A DNA stretch of 55,728 bases, the filler included, from Sphacelaria rigidula (Eukaryota): NCBI GenBank assembly GCA_964200075.2. It is 5 parts of 5 records of this genome, joined end to end, with 100 filler letters (N's around TTAATTAATTAA, not from the genome) between each part and the next. Parts side by side here need not be neighbours in the genome. Positions count along the whole stretch, not along the records: positions 33,500 to 44,564 come from CAXNAA020005448.1; positions 44,665 to 55,728 come from CAXNAA020005449.1; 3 more parts are not named here. One strand, 5' to 3'. Position numbers and translations under genes: made by a program. Position 1 is the first letter of the stretch, and every line of letters begins with the position of its first letter. A model generated the notes under the pieces. The model saw only the letters and a program-made list of their open reading frames with translations, made no database searches and had not been told where the DNA came from. Below, piece after piece: positions 36,601 through 47,067 of this stretch.

Positions 36601-39600
36601 AGGAACAAAACAAAACATGAAAGAAAACAGAGAAAGGGGACACGAAGAAAATCAGGAAGGGAACAAAAATAAAGCCAGGACGCTAAAAGTGAAATAAACC
36701 CGAGAAAGAAACCACTGGTCGAGCAACAGTCCAAGAAAATGAGGCACCAGCCGATGGAATCATGTTGTGATATCAGTTTCCGGGTGGATAAAAATAATTC
36801 GCGGTGTTGCGTAGGCCAGACGTGGTTTTGTCCCTCACCTCTGTATCTGTCGCCGTGTTCGCACGCACCAGATTGACCAGGATGAAAGTAACCTCATTCA
36901 TGACGGCCAGCCCCTATATTTTTTGGTTCAACGAAGCAGGAAGGAAAAGCGTGAACAAATACATCACACAATTTGACATCAGCGCGCCACTGAAACATCT
37001 GGAATTCGAATTATTCAATGACCCACTCCACCACGGTCTACGCGTTTGAGGTCCACATGTATGCTTTCCTGGCCCAAACGAACGAGTGACCTCCAAGGAC
37101 GTGACTGCTGAAAACCACCACTTAATTTACCTCCTGGCTGGAAGCGAGGAAAGTTCCGTTCGAGCACAACTCCGACGCCTGGGCGAGTAGATGAGCCACG
37201 TTAGAGTTTACCTGGCACGCAACACGCCAAGAAGGAAATGTGTGGACACGATCATCGATTGGTGGTGTCGCATGGCATATTACGCACACGAAATACCGCG
37301 TACTAATGGTTTCTTGATGCAGTCACCAAGTATGGAAGCACCAAAAAAGCTCAGACTTCTACCTATCTATCCTTCCAAGCCAGAGACCAAATTATTTTCG
37401 TCTTCCTGATTCCACCAGTCACACGCTAGTCGGAGGGAAATTACGACGATATACCGGCTGGGCCGCCCAAGAAGCTCACTTTCCTTCAGCCCGTTCTAAC
37501 TGATGATGTATCGAGAGTTGTGCCCNNNNNNNNNNGGCGGAATTAGCCAGAAGAAAACGGCTGAGATTGGATTTTCGGTTACAGTCAGTTTTGTGCCGCG
37601 TGGTGCCGCACAAGCTGTGGCACGATTTCCGAGCTCAATACTCAGTCGTTTTCGATAAAATCTTGACATCATGTAGAGGAAGTATGTGCGAACACCCCTT
37701 CGTTCCTCTTTTTTTCTTCTTTTCTTCGTGAGTTATTGGCGACGGAACATTTCAGAACAGTTTTTCGGAACAAAATCGCCAATGACTCACGCAGAAGAAC
37801 AAAAAAAAACATGGGAGGAAAGGTTCGGTGTTTGCACGTACGTCCTGTACATCGTGTCAAAATTTCATCGAGAATGATCAAAAATTGAGCGCAGGAAATG
37901 CGTTTGAACTATTCGTAACTGGTCCACCTCCACATCCTACAGAAACCGCTTGTCGACGGAATGGCGCTTTCTCTCCACTCAATTTCGGATCGTTTGCGAT
38001 GAAATTTCGACACGATGTACAAGACGTATGTGCAAACACCTCACTTTCCATCCCCTGTTTTTGCTTCTTTTTCTCCGTGAGTCATTGCTGAACGAACATT
38101 TCCGAACAATTTTTACGGAACAGAATCGCCAATAACTCACGAAGAAAAAAAAAGAAAACAGGGGATGAAGGTGAGGTGTTCGCACATACGTCCTGTACTT
38201 TGTGACAAAATTTCATCGATAACGATCCAAAATTGAGCGAAGAAAATGCGTTTCAACATTCCTGGTGGCTTCTTGGGCGGCCCAGCCTGTATTCGGCAAC
38301 TTTTTCTCACGCCGTTTCAAAAGGAGTTGGAAAAAAAAACTTGTGACACAACTTTTGGGTCTCGTTTCGCGGACTAGCTTGTATCCTCTCACATTTTGAC
38401 TGACAGCTGACGCCAGGCTCTGCATGTTGTACACGTACGAACGCAAAACGCCATCCAAAATCGTACTTGCTTGCTGCAGCTGCTCCATCTTGGACTGTTG
38501 GGTGTTCAGAGTCTCCAAAACCTGCCGTGTGCGACACGAAGCGACCAGATGAACGAAGTAGCTCCGCAGCCCAAGGACGGGCCAATAAATAGGGTTTCAC
38601 ACAAACAAAATCGAGTCAGTCGCCAGACCTTGGAAATATTCATCTGCACCTTGGAAAACTTGAACACCGTTGCACTGACCTCGTTGACTCCGCAGCCCAA
38701 CAGCCCTTGCACCCCTGCCAGTAGTTCCCGCGCCTCGTGTGCACCGTCTTGGACATTCGAACCGACGCCCGGAAGCTGCGACTCTGCTGTAAAATAGAAC
38801 AAAAAAGGTGGCGGCACACTCGGTATAAACTGTTGAGCTCACTATACAGTGCGCATGAGGGTGATTAGACGTGTGCTGAGGCATGCACGAAAACTATTAG
38901 CAACGAGGATAGCGTGTTCGCCAAAACAACAAACGGGGCGTGGTCCACCTTGGTGACTGCCGTTGGTGCACTCCACTTTGCGTTGTTCCCCAGACCAGCC
39001 AGTTGCCAGCGGTGAGGGAGGGCTGCATGATGTTTCCTTGCGTTGAGACCGAGGCCTTCTGTCGTGCATCCCCCCGCGGCTGGTCCCGTTCGCAGTCTTG
39101 TTTACCTGAAGCCAAAAAAATAAACGACGCGTGGTGCAGAATGCCAGCTCATGGGTTATTGGTGCAGTCGTCTGTATCGGTGCTCTGCGGTGTTACTGGA
39201 AGCTCTTATTGCACTTGCCACATGGGATTAAGACGGATGACCTAAAGTCATTGCCTGCATGTCGCGATCACCGTCACTTGTCAGTACCATTCCTATGAGG
39301 TGTGTGTGAGGACTCGACAAGCTCCGGCAGCACTCCATCAAGGCAGTCACTTCGCTGTCATTTGATGCAGCGGGAACAACGGGAACTACGACTACAAGCT
39401 ATCATGACGAGACCACAGCTGCAGCCGTCAGTCACCCCAGGTGATATCCATGTGATATGCGGACAATATATTGCACATCTAGAAAACGCTGTACTATGCG
39501 TGCAGCCGCAATACAGTCTGGTATCAGTGCTCGATGAAGAGTACCTTATCAAATACCTCGTCACTCTCACAGTCCAGCACCGTGGACACATGTTTCGGCA

Positions 39601-42600
39601 TAGTTCCAGCCACCTTAAAGCCCTGCTGACTCTCCAGACTGGGCGCAGACATTGCAAAACCCACAAGTAGGAATAGGAACAAGGGTAACGACGAAGAAAA
39701 ACAAGAACACGGTTAGTGTCTAGGGAGAGCACATGCTCCCCAACAAACACTACACGAAGCACGTACTTGTACTAATATTGCGACACGAGGGATGGACACG
39801 CACACCCTGCAAAACGCTGAGGGAGCTGCAATAACCGAAGCACATACCCATACCCAGCAGGCGGCTCCGGAGCTGAAACTTGGCGTTTGGCAGCCCGCAC
39901 TAACCGCATTGGAAGTACTAGACATGACACGCCCTCGCCGAGCCTGTGTACAACAGGCTACAAACAATTTTGATCATCAACGAGAGTTGCAGTGTCCGCA
40001 CACCTCTCTGAGACCTTCATTTCCGCCACGCGTAAGCGTCCCTGAAGATCGGTGATTCCGCTGATAATCCAGCTGGAGTCTTCAGCGGGCCCACCTTCCT
40101 CCTGGCATTGATAAAATCACACCACAAGAGAATACATCAAAAACCGCGACAACAAAAACTCCAACAGGGACACGTTTCCGCGTGAAACAACCTTTCTCTG
40201 GGTGTAGAGTTTCATCCAAATCAGAAAAGAGCGCAGAGGTCAGCAACAATTGATGCCAACCAAAACACAACAGTTGGGGGCATGTTACCCGCAGACCGCA
40301 CCCACCTTGGCAGATGTTTGCTTGAGAACGTGCACCGCATCTTGGATTACGTTCTCAGACGCCTCCAAACGGGTCATTAAAATCCGGATCTCTTCCATAA
40401 CTCGTGCGGCCGTAGAGTCATTCCCGTCACAAAGCGCACACCTGGAGTCACGCCAAAATGATGTAAAGTAAACCGCCGTGTGGTAGCAGCACGGGGACAC
40501 CCGTAGGTCTGGAGTGATGAGAATCCTCCAATTGATCCATCTTCCCCCTGTTAACAAAAACCCACGCCAACCCTGTTGAATAAATCTACCTCGTATGACG
40601 TGTTTCTCGCCTTCATATCTATCGAGAACGAAAAGGCAAGCTTACCCTAGAGAAGTTGAAATTGAGCCCAGCTGCGCCATGACCCCCTCTCGTTCGCGGT
40701 CAGCTTGCTGAGCTTTGTGAAGTGCACGTTCCTTGTCCTCCTGGAGCGAGCGCACGACGATCCCGAGTTCTTTAACCTTTGCCTGCGCCTGTTCTGCTTC
40801 CCCCCTAATAGACGATACCGTCTGGGTCTTCTCATCTGCCAACGCCGCAACAGCCACTTCCAACTCGGGAACTCTGGCCGCCGCCGACTCTAGCTCCTTA
40901 GCTCGACTCAGAGCTCGCGCCAGCTCTGTAGCTACCGACGCCGCATGATCATGCAGCGCACGCAGCTCCGATTCCAGTTCTTCTGTTTTCGATGTAAGCG
41001 TGGCGTGGTGTGCTCTGGCAGCCAGAACCTCCTCGCTTTTCGCTGCGAGTTCTGTGGCTCGAACGGACTCCCTCTCGTCGGCTCCCGCCAGGCGAGCACG
41101 TAGAGCGAGTAGTTCATCCTGCGTGTAGTACAGCAGCACACAGGACACGCGTGGGCGAGTCAAGACCGTTCTACCGTTGTCAAGGTTGTCGAAAAAGTAA
41201 GCTTGGTTGCACAATACTGAACCTTTTCACTCGAAGTTTCGATTCTTGACTCAAAATGGTACAGAGGTCTACATCGGTACGCACAGAACTTGTGCTTTCA
41301 CCTCTAACTCACGTGATATGGAAGCAGGTCAAGTACGAATAATTGGCCAAGACGAAACCAGCAACGCTCATTTTTGTGATCATGAATGCCACTATACGTG
41401 CATTTCACGAGTGGGAAGCACCTCCAACGGCTTCACTAGCAACTAGATGTTCATGCCCAAAATCCGATAAAATCCGCAGCCTTTACCACACCAAAGGCAA
41501 CCGAAGAAACTCGAGAGGGGCGAAGCTGGCCCGTTCATGCCGGCGATGGCATCAGGTCCGGTGGTACTGTACTACTTCAAATCACAACCCCTGATCGATG
41601 TGATCTCTACCACGGGCACAAGGTTATTCAAAACCCTGAGAAAAAACACAAGGCTTCGGAGATGGCCGACAACTGACTCGCTGCCCGAAAGTGATGAAAA
41701 AAAAAAGGTCGTGCAAGTGTCGCTGATGTTGAAAGAACTAAACAACGCAATTTTGTGAGGAAAACAAACCCGCAGTTGTACTTGCAGGCTTGATTTCTGT
41801 GTGCAATATTAGAAACGGGCTGTGCAAGGACAGGCGTGCTTCCTGCTGTGAACCAACTCATGCGATGAATACACGCAACAGGAGGTAGCCAGCCTGCAGC
41901 GACGGAGTTCAGGTAAAATATTATGCTGAGGAAACTGTGTGCCGTGGTACTCTCGGATGGCATTATTCTAGTTGCGGCAGAGCAATGCTGCGGTAGGGGT
42001 GCACTTTTTTCGCAAAAATTAGATGCACAATAATATGAGTCGGGGCATCCCCGTTTGGAAATTCATTCGGGATATCCCCAGCACATTGGAGTAGTAATCC
42101 TGGCGTACTTTTACATATCTTCATGAGTCGTGTTTTGCATGAGATGAAGGGCTCCCGACAATTCTAACCTGAGAAAAAATTGTTCATCCCTATAGTAGCA
42201 CCAATCGGCAGAAGAAGGTTTGGCCTCCACATTGATGTTCTCGGGATTTCAGACACAACAACCCTGGCTTTTCGCAAATAACGAACAAAGCGCACACGTG
42301 AGGGCACGTGCGTGACCTCGGCGTCAAAGCTCTCGAACGGAACCTCGCATGACCCTCAACTTTTCCCGCACGATCTCGGCGGCAGCACTGATTTTGCCAT
42401 GTACATGTTGACTAGTACTAGGGTGTACATATTCTCCGTCACTGTTCGACAACAAGCTTAGGCCCTTACAAGGATGAGAGTAGTTCAGGAATCAAATTCA
42501 AGTGCGGCTGTTACGGGGTGAGAATTGCGAAAATATTGTCTCACCACGTCAACACCTGCACGGTTTCAGGCACAGCACCACGTGCCACGACACGCGCTGT

Positions 42601-43525
42601 GCGAAGACAGAACGGCACGGGAAAACCAAAGCAAGCAGCCACACCTTCGATTGCCGCCATAAGGCTTCCTGCCCAGCGCTAGCTTCAAGTTTCTCAATCT
42701 TGGACGTAAGGTTACCATTCGTAATTCGTAAATTCTCCACCGCGGCCTCCGCATCACACAGCTGCTGTTGCAATTCCACCATCTGGAAGGTGAGGGGCGC
42801 GGAAACGAAAAGACGAAAAATCAACACGCCACAGGTGTGCCTTCAGGTGTGACTGCTTCTACAAACCATGCGCCCGTCACGGGTGAGCAAGACGTTAGCA
42901 CCGCTTCGATGTTGTGTGATTTTGTGCGCTCCTATCGACGCAACAAACAAGTCCCCACTCACTTGCTCCACTTGCGCTTCGCTTTCCTTAGCCAGTTTTC
43001 TGTAGTGCGATACCTGTGAATGCGTGGCGGAGGACGAAGAGCCGTGTTTCGTGTGAAATTTGCAGCAACTCATGGTGAGACACAGACTGAAACAACAACG
43101 CCGTACGAACAAGGTGACACGGGTGGAAGTTGCCCAGCAAGAAGACATGACGGAGTGTCCACAGACCCCCCGTGGGGTGGCACTGGTGCAAAGTGACGCC
43201 GAGTACTTGGTGATCACACGAGGTACAACATCAATATCACCGCAACAAACGCAACCAAGTTGAAGTATTCGCCGACAAAACCGACTTGGGAGCAACGCTT
43301 CGAGTGCATTTGCACCAGTGGTGAGCATGACTAGCGGCATCATGACCGAGCCAAACACCCAGTCTTCAGATACCGAGAGTAACCGACCTGCTTCCGGACC
43401 GTTCCGCACTGTCCCGTCAGTTCTTTGACCTGCTTTTGAAGGGCGACTTTCTCCCGAGCCATTGCACTAAGCTGTCCTTCGAACGATTCCAGTGTGTATC
43501 TCAGTTCCAGCTCCATCGCTTCAGC
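33630..43525 (-). CDS. 5'-partial long coiled-coil protein with probable C-terminal transmembrane tail; 16 exons, 873 aa visible
   Basis: Exons 43525-43430, 43013-42963, 42782-42645, 41118-40646, 40441-40306, 39105-38949, 38786-38629, 38521-38393, 37178-37131, 36913-36839, 35940-35888, 35664-35553, 35386-35156, 34871-34572, 34338-34018, 33773-33630. All are AG/GT-bounded with matching phases (2622 nt total, ending TGA). Heptad-rich E/L/A/Q/K sequence such as DELLALRARLAGADERESVRATELAAKSEE; last exon has VCFSVGLFQVLVVILL. Confidence 0.8.
34111..34338 (-). repeat. Coding minisatellite, 4 x 57 nt (VSESVSQPTTHEALQMPQE)
   Basis: Four near-identical 19-aa units at the start of exon 34338-34018. 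Confidence 0.9.
37645..38258. mobile_element. Two tandem palindromic MITE copies in an intron
   Basis: Each unit reads gtatgtgc(g/a)aacacc...cgtgagt.att..aatcgccaat.actcacg...ggtgtt(t/c)gcac(g/a)tac and is self-complementary. Confidence 0.65.
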
Positions 43526-43691
43526 CTGTGCAACATCACCGTGCGTCAGAGTATCGCCACAGGTCCATCAAATCGCAAGAGTAACATCACAGTGCGTCAG
43601 AGTTGACTTATACAGGGATCGCACTGCAGTGTGCAGTATGCAGTATGCAGTATGCAATATGCAGTATGCAGTATGGCCAAAAACGAAGCAG

Positions 43692-43996
43692 TTTTTTTTT
43701 CTTTCCTCACACTTTGAACCCCTCCCCTTCCTCGGGATGAGTTCGTGGTCTCAAGGGATCAACCCATCTCTCCCCCGGTACGTGCCTTTCATTTTGGACT
43801 CGCGGAATGGGTCAGCATTTCCGCACCGCGTCAACTCACGTCGCACAAACCCAGTAGACTATTTTGTTTATTCACGTTCTCACGTTTTCCACGGTAGAAA
43901 CTATACATTACGAAGAAAAGACCCAACGCATCGGGAATCGAACCCCGTTCTCTCCACACTAACGGCGAAATTCGGACCATTACACCACCGGGGCGC
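43692..43996 (-). mobile_element. tRNA-derived SINE
   Basis: Minus-strand head gccccggTGGTGTAATGG (A box) ... GGTTCGATTCC (B box), about 230-nt body, A-rich tail gaaagaaaaaaaaa. No full tRNA cloverleaf. Confidence 0.7.
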
Positions 43997-44564
43997 GGCG
44001 GCTACTGCAAAGTAAAATCTGCTTGTAGGCTGGCCCCGCCTGTAACTTGGGGCGAATTCATTTTTTTGGCGCTAGCAGGAAATGTGGAAAGTCGATGGAT
44101 AAACCAAAACCTTTCGCTGCTACCGTCAAGAATTTATTCATGTAGTGTAGAAATCAGGACTCCTTAGTCAACTTCCGACTCTTACGCTACTTCGAATGTC
44201 TCACAAAATCTCCATTAAAAAACGCGTTTTCTGATAAATGATCAAAAACCCATTTATTATGTGGTGAAAAAACGCGTTTGCTGAGAGGAAGTTATGTGAT
44301 GATATTTTTCGATAGCCCAAAGTTATCACAAAATCGTGATTTTCTTATAACCTTGGGCTATCGAAAAATATTCTTGAAAAAGCGTTTGAACACACGTGAC
44401 AGCCCACGACAGCACCTGTCATGGCTTGGCTGCCATTACTACTGCTGTCGCTGGTGCTCGCGGGCATTCAGCGTGTTGCATGATTGTCCTTCGCTTGCCA
44501 GTAGAGTGGTTGCCCTTTACCCCATGAGAACAGCAGAGGGCAAGGTCGATGACGAGTGCTGTAC

Positions 44565-44664
44565 NNNNNNNNNNNNNNNNNNNNNNNNNNNNNNNNNNNN
44601 NNNNNNNNTTAATTAATTAANNNNNNNNNNNNNNNNNNNNNNNNNNNNNNNNNNNNNNNNNNNN
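44565..44664. other. Artificial contig linker
   Basis: Same N44-TTAATTAATTAA-N44 spacer. Confidence 0.97.
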
Positions 44665-44740
44665 GCCCTTGTCCCCTGGTCATCATCCAGGATCCACTAT
44701 ATACTCAACCGTGACGGCGTGATTTCGCCACAGTTCCTTT

Positions 44741-45283
44741 GTGGTGTGCGATTTACTTCAGTTAGGGCAGGCGATGGAAATAGATGGTGTGCCTAGATAC
44801 GAAATCTGTAAAGCGCCTCAGTTTTTGAAGCTGTTGCAGCCATGGGACGTGTCGAACGAGGGTTCGACGTTGTACCTGAAACCCGAGCGTGGGAGCTTCC
44901 TGTATTACATGAACTCGTCCGAACTTGTCGAGGACGACACAAATGTTGTTGTACCCAGCAGTGTCTTCGCGAAGGAGCACGACACCCCCGTAGTTGATCG
45001 TCAAGAGACGAAGTCGATACTGCGAACCAGCATTGAAGGCATAATGTTCAACGTCACACGCCCGATTGGTATGGGAGAGTAGTTGCTCTGCCAATATCAA
45101 ACTTTCGAGGGCAAGGCGGATGTCCAAGGTGTTGGTTCCCAGGGCGGTTCGCCCAATAGAGACGTAGTAGACCGTACGGTTGATGGCGAGACGAAACGGG
45201 GCGGCGAGGAAGAGTCGAACGGCGACGACGGTAGTTCGGACGGTGGTGCTGATGATCAGGACCTTGATTATGTCCCATCATGA
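44741..45283 (+). pseudogene. SET-domain (lysine methyltransferase-like) C-terminal fragment with an in-frame stop
   Basis: GSFLYYMNSS ... NVVV ... IMFNVTRPIGMGE*LLCQY matches the SET motifs (RF/Y)xNHS and RxIxxGEELxxxY. TAG at 45080-45082 sits at the conserved E (GAG). An acidic tail follows. The 5' end is unclear near the contig edge. Confidence 0.6.
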
Positions 45284-46100
45284 ACGGGAAACCGTCCCTG
45301 TGCGACGAGGTATTTCATTTAGTCTTTTTGGTAACGTAGACATCATTCGCGATCCTCTGGTGATGTTCGTGTGTTGATATCACTTGTCGACTGCCTTTGA
45401 GTAGTGATTGCCTGTCGCCATTCCAGTCTTCGTTGTTGTTCAGGCGTCGATGAAAGAAACAGGGTAGAAGACGACGGCGACAATAATGCAGAAAATCGAT
45501 GTTGATCGCTTGATTCTGTCGTAGCAGGTGTTTCCTGCCATTGGGGAGGGGGGGGGGCTTTCGCCGCCAAATGCGTCATTTACACACAAAAACAGGTCAG
45601 TTTTCCCTCGAAAATGCAAATAAGCGTAATATTCCCTCGCGACACAACGGGTTTATTTGCAAGACAATCGCTTGCACGTCTCCGGATTGAGGGATGGTGC
45701 TCCGTGAGTGACAGTGATGTCTTGATTCCCGAGACGGTTTCAAGACTACTTCGCGTGTCTTGTCGGAAACACTTCACGAAATTTGTCTTGTTACCTTTGT
45801 GTACTATCCACACGAAAACAAGCGTGACATCGACATGTTTACACATGGACAGTAGTGAAGTATCAACAGTTACCGCGCCAAGATTCTTCCCCAGGGTCGC
45901 AAGCAAGCGTTTTCGCATGAATAGTAGAGAAACGTCAACAGTTTGAACGGCAGGATTTCGCACCAATGTGCGAGGTAAGCGTTTTGTCCATTAATGATGC
46001 AGGCACAACCGACAGCTGAAAGCCATGAAAATCCTACTCTCAATCGTATCGTAGACTCTCAATCTCACGGAAACACTGTTGGACATGAAACAAAGAAGTT

Positions 46101-46283
46101 AACCCTCCTTTTTCTTTGACCTACCACTACACAGCCCGGGCATAGACATGGAATAGAGAGGCTAATCCTCCTCTTCTTCCAACCTACCATAACACAGCCC
46201 GGACATTGACATGGAATAGAGGAGCTAATCCTCCATTTTCTTCAACCTACCATAACAGAGCCCGGACATAGATCTGGAATAGA
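46101..46283. repeat. Non-coding minisatellite, 3 x 63 nt
   Basis: Units start at 46101, 46164 and 46227 (aatcctc..acctacca..cagcccggacat.gacatggaataga); stops in all frames. Confidence 0.8.
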
Positions 46284-47067
46284 CGCGCGGTCCCAGTTCA
46301 TCGGGTGGCCGACTGCTGTGGTACATGTACGCTCGGCTAGCACTTGTAAAACTGCTACTCAAACACACGGCCCACACAAGTATGACGACGGTGCTTCGAC
46401 GGGAATCTGGTGGAACGCCACGTCGGGATATAACCGGGTTTCGCCAGATTGACGGTCTAGCGTTGATCGAGAGTAAGGCTGATGACCTGCTCGACCTTGA
46501 CCATTTTCTCATATTTGTGTGTACATTATTGCATGTGACAATGCCGCGTGCTTGCAGCTCCACGACGAGATCCTACCCGGGGATATCAGACCCTTCAATG
46601 GCAAGCTGTAACAGAACGCATATGAGGCCTAGACGAGGATGTCAGAACTGAAACCATTCCAGACATGAATAGACCATTTCTGGAACTGCGGAGAGTTCTA
46701 TACTTACGCATGTTGACGGAGGCCAATGCAATCAAAGTATACACATTGAGTTCATCCCGCGAAGAAGCGCTCGCATTCGACTCTATCCTAGCCTGACTGG
46801 GGCAGGTATTCTCCAACAAGCACCGGTCAATAAAAGAGTAGGAATTCCTATTTCTTGTGTTCTTACTCTCATCAAACGCAGGATTCTCAGTCTGGCAAAA
46901 AGCCGGTTTCGTCAGGACCCCGTCGAAATTGAGAACCGCCTTGCATTGTCGAAGAGAAGACACTGTGACGATCAATCATCGTTTCGGACCTCTGACACCA
47001 TACTTGAGCACACATCAACAGACTCACTGCCCGAGTCGTCTGAGAACGGTACAACGATTGGTGTAGT

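Noticed and set aside
43925-43996. tRNA gene
   Set aside because: A and B boxes are present but acceptor and anticodon stems are not convincing, and it runs into a body with an A-tail, so it is called a SINE.
43526-45579. Linking the coiled-coil gene's missing 5' exons to ORFs beyond 44665
   Set aside because: They lie across an artificial linker on a different contig.
45580-46975. Several 100-130 aa ORFs between the SET relic and the EsV-1-7 gene
   Set aside because: No recognisable motifs or consistent splice chain; cannot be supported without searches.
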